Of a stretch of 48,701 nt of DNA, positions 23,545 through 35,454 are shown in pieces; positions within the stretch are counted from its first letter, which is position 1; every line of letters starts with the position of its first letter. The notes under the pieces were generated by a model. That model was given only the letters and a program-made list of their open reading frames with translations. It was not told the DNA's origin and ran no database searches. The DNA is from Okamejei kenojei (Eukaryota), in assembly GCA_035221665.1 (NCBI GenBank), contig CM069169.1:17422001-17470701 (forward strand). Direction: 5' to 3'. The position numbers and the translations under genes are program-made.

Positions 23545-26509
23545 GGGGAGGATTTAAACTAATGTGGCAGGGGGATGGGTACAAGAGCAGAGAGGAGGAG
23601 GGTGTAAAATGAGGGTAGAAGCTAGCAAGGTGAAAGGTAAAAGTGGCAGGCAGACAAAACCAGGGCTAAAATCAATAAGGGCCACTTTTCAGCAAAATTG
23701 TATAAGGGGTAAATGCGGTTGTAAAGACAAGCCTGAAGGCTTTGTGTCTCAATGCAAGGAGTATTCGTAATAAGGTGGACGAGTTGAACGTGCAGATAGA
23801 TATTAATGATTATGATATAGTTGGGATCACGGAGACATGGCTCCAGGGTGACGTAGGCTGGGAGCTGAACATCCATGGATATTCAATATTCAGAGGGATA
23901 GAGAGAAAGGAAAAGGAGGTGGAGTAGCGTTGCTGGTTAGAGAGGAGATTAAAGCAATGGAAAGGAAGGACATTAGCTTGGAGGATGTGGAATCGGTATG
24001 GGTAGAGCTACAAAACACGGCAGAAAACGCTGGTGGGTGTTGTGTACAGGCCACCTAACAGTAGCAGAGAAGTTGGGGATGGTATCAAACAGGAAATTAG
24101 AAATGCGTGCGACAAAGGCAAAACAGTTATAATGGGTGACTTCAATCTACATATAGATTGGGTTAATCAAATTGGCAGGGGTGCTGAGGAAGAGGATTTT
24201 TTGGAATGTATGCGGGATAGTTATCTAAATCAACATGTAGAGGAACCAACGAGAGAGCAGGCATTTTCTGGGTTTTGAGTAATGAGGAAGGGGTAATTAG
24301 CCGTCTTGTTGTACGTGCCCTTGGGCAAGAGTGACCAGTTCTCCATTAGGATGGAGAGTGACATTGTTAATTCAGAAACAATGGTTCTGAACTTAAAGAA
24401 AGGTAACTTTGAGGGTATGAGACGTGAATTGGCCAAGATTGACTGGCAATTAATTCTAAAAGGGTTGACGGTGGATATACAATAGAAGACATTTAAAGAC
24501 TGCATGGATGAACTACAAAAATTGTTCATCCCAGTTTGGCAAAAGAATAAATCGGGGAAGGTAGTGCATCCGTGGATAACAAGGGAAATCAGGGATAGCA
24601 AAGCAAAGGATGATGCGTACAAAGTAGCCGAAAAAGCAGCATACCAGAGGACTGGGAGAAATTCAGAGACCAGCAGAGGAGGACAAAGGGCTTAATTAGG
24701 AAAGGAAAAATAGATTATGAAAGAAAACTGGCAGGGAACATAAAAACTGACTGCAAAAGTTTTTATAGATATGTGAAGAGAAAGAGGTTAGTTAAAACAA
24801 ATGTAGGTCCCTTGCAGTCAGAAACAGGTGAGTTGATCATGGGGAACAAGGATATGGCGGACCAATTGAATAACTACTTCCGTCTTCACTAAGGAAGACA
24901 TAAATAATCTGCCTGAAATGACTGTGGGTCAAAGGAGGAATTGAGTGAAATCCAGGTCAGTCGGGAAGTGGTGTTGGGTAAATTGAATAGATTAAAGGCC
25001 GATAAATCCCCAGGGCCAGATAGGCTGCATCCCAGAGTACTTAAGGAAGTAGCTCAGGAAATAGTGGATGCATTAGTGTTTCAAAACTCTTTAGATTCTG
25101 GAGTAGTTCTGAGGATTGGCGGGTAGCAAATGTAACCCCTCTTTTTAAGAAGAGAGGGAGAGAGAAAAGGGGAATTACAGACCAGTTAGTCTAACATCGG
25201 TAGTGGGGAAAACTGCTAGAGTCAGTTATTAAAGATGGGATAGCAGCACATTTGGAAAGTGGTGAAATCATTGGACAAAGTCAGCATGGATTTACAAAAG
25301 GTAAATCATGTCTGACGAAGAATTTTTCGAGGATGTAACTAGTAGCGTGGATAAGGGAGAACCAGTGGATGTGGTATATCTGGACTTCCAGAAGGCTTTC
25401 GACAAGGTCCCACATAAGAGATTAGTATACAAACTTAAAGCATACGGTATTAGGGGTTCAGTATTGATGTGGATAGAGTGGCTGGCAAACAGGAAGCAAA
25501 GAGTAGGAGTAAAACGGGTCCTTTTCACAATGGCAGGCAGTAACTAGTGGGGTACCGCAGGGCTCAGTGCTGGGACCCCAGCTATTTACAATATATATTA
25601 ATGATCTATTGAAGGCAATATCTCCAAGTTTGCGGATGACACTAAGCTGGGGGCAGTGTTCGCTGTGAGGAGGATGCTAGGAGACTGCAAGGTGACTTGG
25701 ATAGGCTGGGTGAGTGGGCAAATGTTTGGCAGATGCTCCACTTGGTGGCAAAAACAGGAAAGCAGACTATTATTTAAATGGTGGCCGATTAGGAAAAGGG
25801 GAGATGCAGCGAGACCTGGGTGTCATGGTACACATTGAAAGTAGGCATGCAGGTGCAGCAGGCAGTGAAAAAAGCGAATGGTATGTTAGCTTTCATAGCA
25901 AAAGGATTTGAGTACAGGAGCAGGGAGGTTCTACTTCTGTTGTACAGGGTCTTGGTGAGACCACACCTGGAGTATTGCGTGCAGTTTGGTCTCCAAATCT
26001 GAGGAAGGACATTATTGCCATAGAGGGAGTGCAGAGAAGGTTCACCAGACTGATTCCTGGGATGTCAGGACTGTCTTATGAAGAAAGACTGGATAGACTC
26101 GGTTTATACTCTCTGGAATTTAGGAGATTAAGAGGGGATCTTATAGAAACTTACAAATTCTTAAGGGGTTGGACAGGCTAGATGCAGGAAGATTGTTCCT
26201 GATGTTGGGGAAGTCCAGGACAAGGGTCACAGCTTAAGGATAAGGGGAAATCCTTTAAGACCGAGATGAGAAAGACTTTCTTCACACAGAGAGTGGTGTG
26301 TCTCTGGAACTCTGCCACAGAGGGTAGTTGAGGCCAGTTCATTGGCTATATTTAAGAGTGAGTTGATGTGGCCCTTGTGGCTAAGGGGATCAGAGGGTAT
26401 GGAGAGAAGGCAGGTACGGGATACTGAGTTGGATGATCAGCCATGATCGTATTTCGAAGGGCTGAATGGCCTACTCCTGCACCTAATTTCTATGTTTCTA
26501 TGTTTCTAT
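23545..26509 (+). mobile_element. CR1 LINE, 5'-truncated, whole ORF2 region (APE + RT) disrupted by indels
   Basis: Motifs [74 protein letters not shown] and RPHLEYCVQ. The 3' tail is (TTTCTATG)n at 26487-26509. Confidence 0.95.
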
Positions 26510-26657
26510 CTCTGGTTGCCTTACTTGTTAGCCCTCCTATAGTCTGCTGCTCTAAAGAGAATATTCATTTATCCCCATCAATTCTTTTAAGAAAATAATG
26601 GCTTATTCTGTACCACGGTATATCCCCGTTGCCACACTACCCAAAACACAGTGACTT

Positions 26658-29600
26658 AGAAACATAGAAATTAGGTGCAGGAGCAGGCCATTCGGCCCTT
26701 CGAGCCTGCACCGCCATTCAATATGATCATGGCTGATCATCCAACTCAGTATCCTGTACCTGCCTTCTCTCCATACCCCCTGATCCCTTCAGCCACAAGG
26801 GCCACATCCAACTCCCTCTTAAATATGGCCAACGAACTGGCCTCAACTACCTTCTGTGGCAGAGAATTCCACAGATTCACCACTCTCTGTGTGAAAAACG
26901 ATTTTCTCATCTCGGTCCTAAAAGACTTCCCCCTTATCCTTAAACTGTGACCCCTTGTCCTGGACTTCCCCAACATCGGGAACAATCTTCCTGCATCTAG
27001 CCTGTTCAACCCCTTAAGAATTTTGTAAGTCTCTATGAGATCACCCCTCATTCCAACTTCTAAATTCCAGCGAGTACAAGCCGAGTCTATCCAGTCTTTC
27101 TTCATATGGAAGTCGTGCCATCCCAGGAATCAGTCTGGTGAACCTTCTCTGTACTCCCTCTATGGCAAGAATGTCTTTCCTCAGATTAGGAGACCAAAAC
27201 TGTACGCAATACTCCAGGTGTGGCCTCACCAAGACCCTGTACAACTGCAGTAGAACCTCCCTGCTCTTGTACTCAAATCCTTTTGCTATGAATGCCAACA
27301 TACCATTCGCTTTCTTCACAGCCTGCTGCACCTGCATGCCTACTTTCAATGACTGGTGTACCATGACACCCAGGTCTCGCTGCACCTCCCCTTTTCCTAA
27401 TCGGTCACCATTCAAATAATAGTCTACCTTCCTGTTTCTGCCACCAAAGTGGATAACCTCACATTTATCCACATTATACTGCATCTGCCATGCATTTTCC
27501 CACTCACCCAGCTATCCACCAGTCATCCTGCAGGCAGCAACACTGCCCCCCAGCTTTGTGTCATCCGCAAACGTCGAGATGTTGCATTTAATTCCCTTCC
27601 ATTAATGTATATTGTAAATAGGTCCCAGCACTGAGTTGGCACCCCTGTGAACTAGGGTTGGTCACTGTCTGCCATCCTGAAAAGGACCCGTTCACTCCTA
27701 CTCTTTGCTTCCGGTCTGCCAGCCAGTTCTCTATTCACATCAATACTGAACCACCAATACCGTGTGCTTTAAGTTTGTATACCAATCTCTTGTGTGGGAC
27801 CTTGTTGAAAGCCTTCTGAAAGTCCAGATACAACACATCCACTGCTTCTCCCTTATCCACTCTACTAGTTACATCCTCAAAAAATTCAATAAGATTCGTC
27901 AGACATGATTTACCCTTCGTAAATCCATGCTGACTTTGTCCAATGATTTCACCACTTTCCAAATGCACTGCTATCCCATCTTTAATAATTGACTCTAGCA
28001 GTTTCCCCACTACCGATGTTAGACTAACTGGTCTGTAATTCCCTTGTTTCTCTCCCTCCCTTTTTAAAAAGTGGGGTTACATTAGCTACCCTCCAATCCT
28101 CAGGAACTACTCCAGAATCTAAAGAGTTTTGAAAAATTATCACTAAGGCATTTGCTATTTCTGGGGCTACTTCCCTAAGTACCCTGGGATGCAGCCTATC
28201 TGGCCCTGGGGATTTATCGGCTTTTAATCCATTCAATTTATCCAACACCACTTTCCGGCTAACCTGGATTTCACTCATTTCCTCCATCTCATTTGACCCG
28301 CGATCCCCTGCTATTTCTGGCAAATTATTTATGTCTTCCTTAGTGAAGACAGAACCAAAGTAGTTATTCAATTGGTCTGCCATGTCCTTGTTCCCCATGA
28401 TCAATTCACCCGTTTTCTGACTGCAAGGGACCTACATTTGTTTTAACTAATCTTTTGCGCTTCACATATCGATAAAAGCTTTTGCAGTCAGTTTTTATGT
28501 TTCCTGCCAGTTTTCTTTCATACTCCGTTTTCCCTTTCCTAATTAAGCCCTTTGTCCTCCTCTGTTGGTCTCTGAATTTCTCCCAGTCCCCTGGTAGGCT
28601 GCTTTTTCTGGCTAATTTGTACGCTTCATCTTTTTCTTTGATACTATCCCTGATTTCCCTCGTTATCCACGGATGCGCCACCTTCCCTGATTTATTCTTT
28701 TGCCATACTGGGATGAACAATTATTGTAGTTCATCCATGCAGTCTTTAAATGCCTTCCATTGCATATCCACCGTCAACCCTTCAAGAATCAATTGCCACT
28801 CCATCTTGGCCAATTCACGTCTCATACCCTCAAAGTTACCTTTCTTTAAGTTCAGGACCTGTGTTTCTGAATTAACAATGTCACTCTCCATCCTAATGAA
28901 GAACTCAACCATATTATGGTCACTCTTGCCCAAGGGGCCACGTACAACAAGGCTGCTAACTAACCCTTCCTCATTACTCAATATCCAGTCTAGAATAGCC
29001 TGCTCTCTCGTTGGTTCCTCCAAATGTTGGTTTAGAAAATCATCCCGCATACATTCCAAGAAATCCTCTTCCTCAGTACCCCTGCCAATTTGATTCACCC
29101 AATCTATATGTAGATTGAAGTCACCCATTATAACGGTTTTACCTTCGTTGCACGCATTTCTAATTTCCTGTTTGATGCCATCCCCAACTCCACTACTACC
29201 GTTAGGTGGCCTGTACACAACACCCACTAGCGTTTTCTGCCACTTAGTGTTTCGCAGCTCCACCCATATCGATTCCATACCCTCCAAGCTAATGTCATTC
29301 CTTTCTATTGTGTTAATCTCCTCTCTAACCAGCAACGCTACCCCACCTCCTTTTCCTCTCTGTCTATCCTTCCTGAATATTGAATATCCCTGGATGTTCA
29401 GCTCCCAGCCTTGGTCACCCTGGAGCCATGTCTCCGTGATCCCAACTATATCATAATTATTACTAGCTATCTGCACATTCAACTCATCCACCTTATTACG
29501 AATGCTCCTCGCATTGAGACACAAAGCCTTCAGGCTTGTTTTTACAACACTCTTGGCCCTTTTACAATTATGTTAAAAAGTGGCCCTTTTAGATTTTTGC

Positions 29601-29850
29601 CCTGGATTTGTTTTCCTGCCCTGGATTTGTTCACCTCGCTACCTATTGCTCCTATCCTCATTTTACACCCCTCTGTCTCTCTGCGCACACATTTAAGAAA
29701 CCCTCCACTTCTTATTCTCCGTTTGTTATTTTTTTCTTCTTTCCTCCCTACGTGTTGCGTCTGACTGCTTCTCTTCTCTGCCTCCTGCCTCACAAACGGA
29801 CTGCTTGTCTTCTCTATTTGAGTCCCTCCCCCCAACCGATCTAGTTTAAA
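26658..29850 (-). mobile_element. CR1 LINE, 5'-truncated, whole ORF2 region; APE domain open for 267 codons
   Basis: ORFs 28721-29524, 28406-28720, 28024-28404, 27735-28010, 27041-27484 and 26746-27105 give consecutive CR1 ORF2 segments. The tail reads AGAAACATAGAAA. GACTT at 26653-26657 and 29851-29855 is a possible short TSD. Confidence 0.95.
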
Positions 29851-30330
29851 GACTTGTGCTGAACCTTGAGTTCATAGAATCGTAGAACACTTACGGCACA
29901 GGAGGAGACCATTTTTTTCTCTATTCTTCCTCTCAAACTGCATTACCTAATTTCTCTGCATTATATTTCCTCTGCCATATGTCTATCTGTTGGTATCTCT
30001 ATTCTCACAGTTCTCAGTGCTGCCAAGTTTTATGTCATCTGTAAATTTGGAAATTGTGTGTTGACATCATCATACTTGTGGGGTATTAAACCTTGAGCAT
30101 GAACAGGCTGTTGGGTAATTGGTGGCATCCCAGCCAAGAGAGGCTGTCTAAAAAACATTTACACAAAATATTTTGTTACTTTACTTTGGATGCAGGTACT
30201 GTAAAAGCTACTTTCCTATAATTGCAGTGTTAATCTGCCTCATGTTGCCTAATAAAGCAATTGACAAAAGAATAATGAGCAAATAATTTGCTCCTTCCAT
30301 AACAAGTCACAAATCATGAGCATTGTGTTA

Positions 30331-30981
30331 GATGCAAAATGCTGGAGTAACTCAGTGGGTCAGGCAGTGTATCTGGATAAAAGGAATGGGTGACGTTTCT
30401 GGTTGAGACCCTTCTTCAGATTGAGAGTCGGAAGAGGGAGGCACTCAATCTGCCGAAAACTGCCTGATCTCCTGGTTGCTAAACACTTTAACTACTCCTC
30501 CCATCCCCACACTGACCTTTCTGCTGTAGGCCCCCTCCACTGTCAGAGTGAGGCCCAGCGCAAATTGGAGGAACAGCACCTCATATTTCGCTTGGGCAGC
30601 TTGCACCCCAGCGGTATGAATATTGACTTCTCTAACCAAGTAACCCTTGCTTTCCCTCTCTCTCCATCCCTCACCTAGTTCTCTGACCAGTCTGTGTCCC
30701 CTTGATTAAAATGTATTTCTGTATGCTTTGTTGTCACCTTCTCCTAGTTAACAATGATCTATTCCACATTTTCCTTGAACTTTGTCCCCTTTGATGTCTC
30801 ACTTTCACAAACCCTTTCTGATCTCTGTGCCTCCATCTCCCCTGACTCTCTGAATAAGGGTCTCGACCCAAAACGTCACCCATTCCTTCTATCCAGAGAT
30901 GCTGCCTGTCCTGCTGAGTTACTCTTGCAATTTGTATCTATCTTCGGTGTAAACCAGCGTCTGCAGTTCCTTCCTGCACAA
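30331..30981 (+). mobile_element. Penelope-like element 3' end (GIY-YIG endonuclease C-terminus + pLTR) with inverted 5' pLTR piece and 13-bp TSD
   Basis: Peptide PDLLVAKHFNYSSHPHTDLSAVGPLHCQSEAQRKLEEQHLIFRLGSLHPSGMNIDF. 30335-30420 is the inverse of 30848-30935. Flanks are GAGCATTGTGTTA (30318-30330) and GAGCATTGCGTTA (30982-30994). Confidence 0.88.
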
Positions 30982-33025
30982 GAGCATTGCGTTAATCTAT
31001 TTGTTTCCATCTTTTCTCAGAATCAGGGGCAACAAGCCTAGTTCCTGCTATCCTGGGTTGGGGTCACAACACAAAGTGAACCTCACCTTTGTTTCTCTTT
31101 ATGTGAGCAATTGAGCATGTCTGCATTTCTTGCAAGTATGGTCTGCAGAGAGGGATTTTCTATCAACATGAGAGATCAGAGCTCAAGTGTTCAGGAAGCT
31201 GGCGTGATTGGTCTTATTCAGTGATGCAGCTTGGCATAGTTTTAGTATGGACCTATTTTTGAATCAATAACTGTTTAATATTTCATAACTTCCATTTAAT
31301 TTCACCAGGACTAACCCAGTTATAACAATACTATTCATGTCCATTTTTAAATACTGGGTTGCGTGGCGAGAACTTTAAGCAAATCTTGACCTATGAAGTT
31401 CAGCCTGCAGTGACCATCTGGGAAATTTGATTGTAACAAAATCAGAAATTATATTAATTGAGTTCTTCTGATGGTGCATATTCTGGGTGTTTGCGAATGG
31501 CGAGAGGCTGTTAAATTAACTTGGAGATAAATTGTAAAAGTGTAAACTGATCTCACTGCATTGCTAACTCATTTCTGAAATATCTTCATAATTGCTTTGG
31601 TGAAGACATACACTTGTGATTTATTGTGCATCCTTTTAGTTGCTTAGTAACCTTATTAATCACACAGCTGCTTCCTGTGTGACTTCATTCGGAACATATG
31701 GGATTGCCAGCAGAATAATAAAAAAATCTTGGGCTCTCTACTCCCAGTTATTGTAGTTGTGCATAAACCTTTCAAGTTGTCTAAATATTAGGAATGAAAT
31801 CTGCACGTACCAGGAAATGATTTATTTTGTTGCCCTATATTTAAATTAGAGTTGTTCACACTTTTTCAGCAGACTAATTCCTTCGATCACCTATGGGACT
31901 TCTAAAATTAATAAATTCTCTTTCATGTTCAAATTATCATCCCTACCTACCCCGTGCATCTTAAACTCCATATTTACAAATCCCTACAGTGATCAGTACT
32001 GGGACCTCAGTTGTTTGTGATATATGTAAGTGACTTGGATGAAAGTGTGGATGAGTTGATTAGTAATTTGCAGTTGACACAAAAGTTGGAGATGCAGACA
32101 GTGAAGAAGGGTGAATGGTTACACCAAGATAAATCTCTGAAATTAAAACTAGACAAAGTCTGATCGAACCTGGTTTAAGAACTACAAATTTAAATCCTTT
32201 TGTCACACGGTATCTCTGTTATTCTTCATGTTAAAGTGTTGAGTATTTTCATCATTTGCATTTCATATTTTTTGTTCTATTGATTTCAGATTTTTATTGT
32301 TAAACTGAGAATGCTAAAGGTTATCATAGAACACTGTTTTTTATATTTTTGCTAAGGTTGTAAAGAATCGCATTTAATATATGTACTTGGCCGATTCAAT
32401 TTTACATCTTTCAGTTTCATTTAGCAGGTCAAAAGATTAATGGGTTTTGGTATGGCATTGCCACTGCCTCAGTATGTCTGTGTGTTCAAGTCATTACATT
32501 TATTACAATGAGAATGATTGCAGAATTATTTCAATTTGCGTTTTTCTGGGGAATAGGTGACAAAGGCAGAGAAAGGACGATTATTAAAGTCTGCAGAGGC
32601 TGGATCAGTAGTGATTACGTCTCTGATGTTTTTTATATCATCCACAGAAATGCAGTAATCATAATCTTACATTCAAGAAAATAAATGAACAGGTTAAAAC
32701 AAATAAAACCTGAGGAGTTTGGGAACACGTGGCAGGTCGGCAGTATCTTTGGGGGGGAAAACATAGCTAACAGTTCACAGTGCAATTTCATAAGAATATT
32801 GTGACATATTCCTAAATTCATTGTTTCAATAAAAATGTAACAGACCCTTATTAAAATCGGAAGCCAGTCGAAAAGGGTGATGCGTCAACATTAATCTACT
32901 TTTGGTCTTTCTGATGTTGATGAGCCTGCTGGTTCAGTTATTTCCTTTATTTTGTGTTGGATCTGGGAAAAGGTGGGCTTTATTTTTATTTTTACCACTG
33001 ACGTTTTTCTCTTTGTTTTGCACAG

Positions 33026-33169
33026 CGACCTACAGGGCATAAGCTGGAATGGAAGAACAAGTGTCCCGACTACAAGGCTCAACCCTAGCCATTCCTTGAT
33101 TGATGATGAAGGCATTTTTCTAAGTTCTGCCAGCACTAAGCTTTTGGAAAGAGCTCACGGTATTCTAAT
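33026..33169 (+). CDS. MYO9A: Myosin IXa exon F (144 nt, phase 2-2): (R)DLQGISWNGRTSVPTTRLNPSHSLIDDEGIFLSSASTKLLERAHGIL(M)
   Basis: Acceptor gcacAG at 33024-33025 and donor AT|GTAAGT at 33170. Matches recalled MYO9A I.WNGRT...GIF..S.S.KLLERAHGIL. Confidence 0.93.
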
Positions 33170-33479
33170 GTAAGTGTACAGTTCTGTATCCATCCTAAAA
33201 GTGCAAATATTTTTTGGATCAAGACTTAACTGCATCTGTTTTACTGCAATGATGCAGAACCTTGGTGAGAAGGATCCAACCCAAAACAGCATCTGTCTAT
33301 TTCCCTCCACAGATGCTGCCTGACTTGCTGAGTTTCTCCAGCACTTTGCTTTTTAGAGAGGAAAAAAAAAGTACCATAGAGGCTCAGCAAAAAAAATCAC
33401 TGGTCAGGTTCCTGGTGTGTTTTGTGTATGGGAATAAATTGATTAATCAAAACCTGTATTCTCTCTCGGGTTTTGAAGA

Positions 33480-33930
33480 ATGAATGGTAATGTCTTTGAA
33501 ACTTACAGGTCTGGATGCAAGCAGATTGTTTTCCCTGGCTAGTGTTCACAGTGTGAGAAAAGGGATAGGTCATCGAGGACTGACATGAGGAAAAGCCTTT
33601 TCAGTCACAGGATGATGTAGCTTAGGAAAAAAGCCACAAAATGCTGGAGTTACTCAGTGGGTCAGGCAGTATTTTAGGAGAATATGGATAGGCAATGAAT
33701 ATGGATAGGGCTTCCATATGTCTACATGAATCTTAGGAATTCTCCATTCTGCATCTGTCGAGGCTTATTTAATTCAGGCAGAACTGAGACTAATAGATCT
33801 CTGGACATTCATGAAACGGGGATCTGGTGCGAGTGCAGGAAAAGAGGCTGAGATAGAGGATTAACCATGAAGTTGATGAATGATGGAACAGGTTCGAGGA
33901 GACAAAGAGCCTCCTCTTAATCTGATTTCC
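33480..33930 (+). mobile_element. Degraded CR1 3' fragment with a nested Penelope-like piece (33629-33731, CTTAGGAA on both sides)
   Basis: CR1-like GAGGAAAAGCCTTTTCAGTCACAGGATG…AGGAATTCTC. The nested CACAAAATGCTGGAGTTACTCAGTGGGTCAGGCAG is flanked by CTTAGGAA at 33621-33628 and 33732-33739. Confidence 0.6.
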
Positions 33931-34604
33931 ACGTTTACTTTGTTGGCTCTCTTTTAACCATGAATGTATATGAAATGTCTTTTTGTATGACTTTACTGCT
34001 GCATCCAATAAATGTTTGCTCTTTTTAATTTAATCAAGAATTGCTATGACATACTGCAATTTGATATCTCCAGATCAAGGAGACGGAGGGAAAAAAACGC
34101 GCCCTGCTTCTAAATGTTAGAAAGTGCGTGATGTTCTGCGTTTTATAACTGAAAACCTTGCCAATACAAAACAAGGTCGTCATAAATAGTGTCCACATGG
34201 TGGGGATCAGTGCCTGTGGAAATGTAGGAAAGCAAAAGTTGCAGCCTTAAGGAATGGGAAATGGAAAGTAACGTTGGAGAGAGAGATTTAGCAATAGTCA
34301 AATATTAGCAATAGCCTGAGGTTTTCAGGAAGGCTGTATTACTGACGATCTGATGCATTACATCATGGATTCAGACTCTATTGGCAGGGCTCCTCCACAT
34401 TGTTAGTATGCATTATTATTTTTTGGGTTGTGAGTATCAAGAAATCATACAGGGCCTCTCTGTGCTATGCCTTCCATGTATCATATTTCTGAGGAGATGT
34501 GTGGAAGTCATTGCATGTCTAAGTCAGAAACTAAATGATGCTCCAACATCATGAAAAATGGGGAATTCTTGAAGCTTGTACATGAGGTGACTAAATCCAA
34601 ATGT

Positions 34605-34930
34605 AGAGTCATAGAGTTGTACAGCACAGAAATGGGTCCTCCAGCATCCAGCCCAACTCGTCTATACCGACCAAGATGTCCCATCTAAACTCATCCCATT
34701 TGCTTGTGTTTGGCCTATATCCCTCCCAACCTGTCCCATCCATGTACCTATCCAAATGTATTTTATATGTTGTTATTGTACCTGCCTCAACTACTTACTC
34801 TAAGCTTGTTCCATATATCCACCACCCTCTATGTGAAAATATCCCTCAGGTTGTTGTTAAATCCTTTCCCTCTCACCCACCTTAATGGCCTCTAGTTCTA
34901 GATTGCCTTATCATGAGAAAAACACTGCAT
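34605..34930 (-). mobile_element. CR1 LINE 3' fragment
   Basis: Similar to 7938-8290; begins with an AGAGTCATAGAGT tail. Confidence 0.75.
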
Positions 34931-35253
34931 TCAAATTGCTAACATTTCTTGTGAATGTTTTATTTATGTAAACAAAACAATTTTGGACATTAATCCAAAA
35001 GAGATTAATACTGACTGTATGTAAGAATTTCCATTGGCCATAGTGCAGTTTGTGCATTCACCTGTTTCACCCACTCAAGCTTGGGAAATCTTTCTGATGT
35101 CGATATATTCAGATGTGTTTTGTCCAAATTGTGTTGTTATGACCATCCTAACAAGTGTGAAGAAACCCAGTGTGGTGGTTGTTTTAATATCACTGATGAT
35201 GTCTGACCACAATTGTTGTGTGCTGATTGCAACCCCTTTTGTTCATTTACTAG

Positions 35254-35293
35254 GAGGAGTAAGAACACAAAAGCCAAACCAGTTTTGCCAAAG
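35254..35293 (+). CDS. MYO9A: Myosin IXa short exon G (40 nt): (M)RSKNTKAKPVLPK
   Basis: Acceptor tactAG at 35252-35253 and donor AAG|GTGAGA at 35294. Needed to restore the frame between exons F and H; resembles MYO9A R.KN.K.KP.LPK. Confidence 0.9.
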
Positions 35294-35454
35294 GTGAGAA
35301 TGTGTACTGATGTTACTGATGTGTGCTGTTTAGCTTGGTCTATGCATGAAGATTACAATGACATTGTAAATTATGTTTGTGCACAGCGAGTTTTGATTTG
35401 CTAAAATGACTGTTGTGAGAAATCGTTAAAGTATCAGATGAGTCTCCTGAATTT

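Noticed and set aside
28482-29764. Plus-strand ORFs of 113-203 aa
   Set aside because: They are antisense shadows of the minus-strand CR1 ORF2.
30849-30877. Hammerhead motif in the 30331-30981 element on the + strand
   Set aside because: The core is mutated (CTGAATA instead of CTGANGA; AAAA instead of GAAA), so it is predicted to be inactive.
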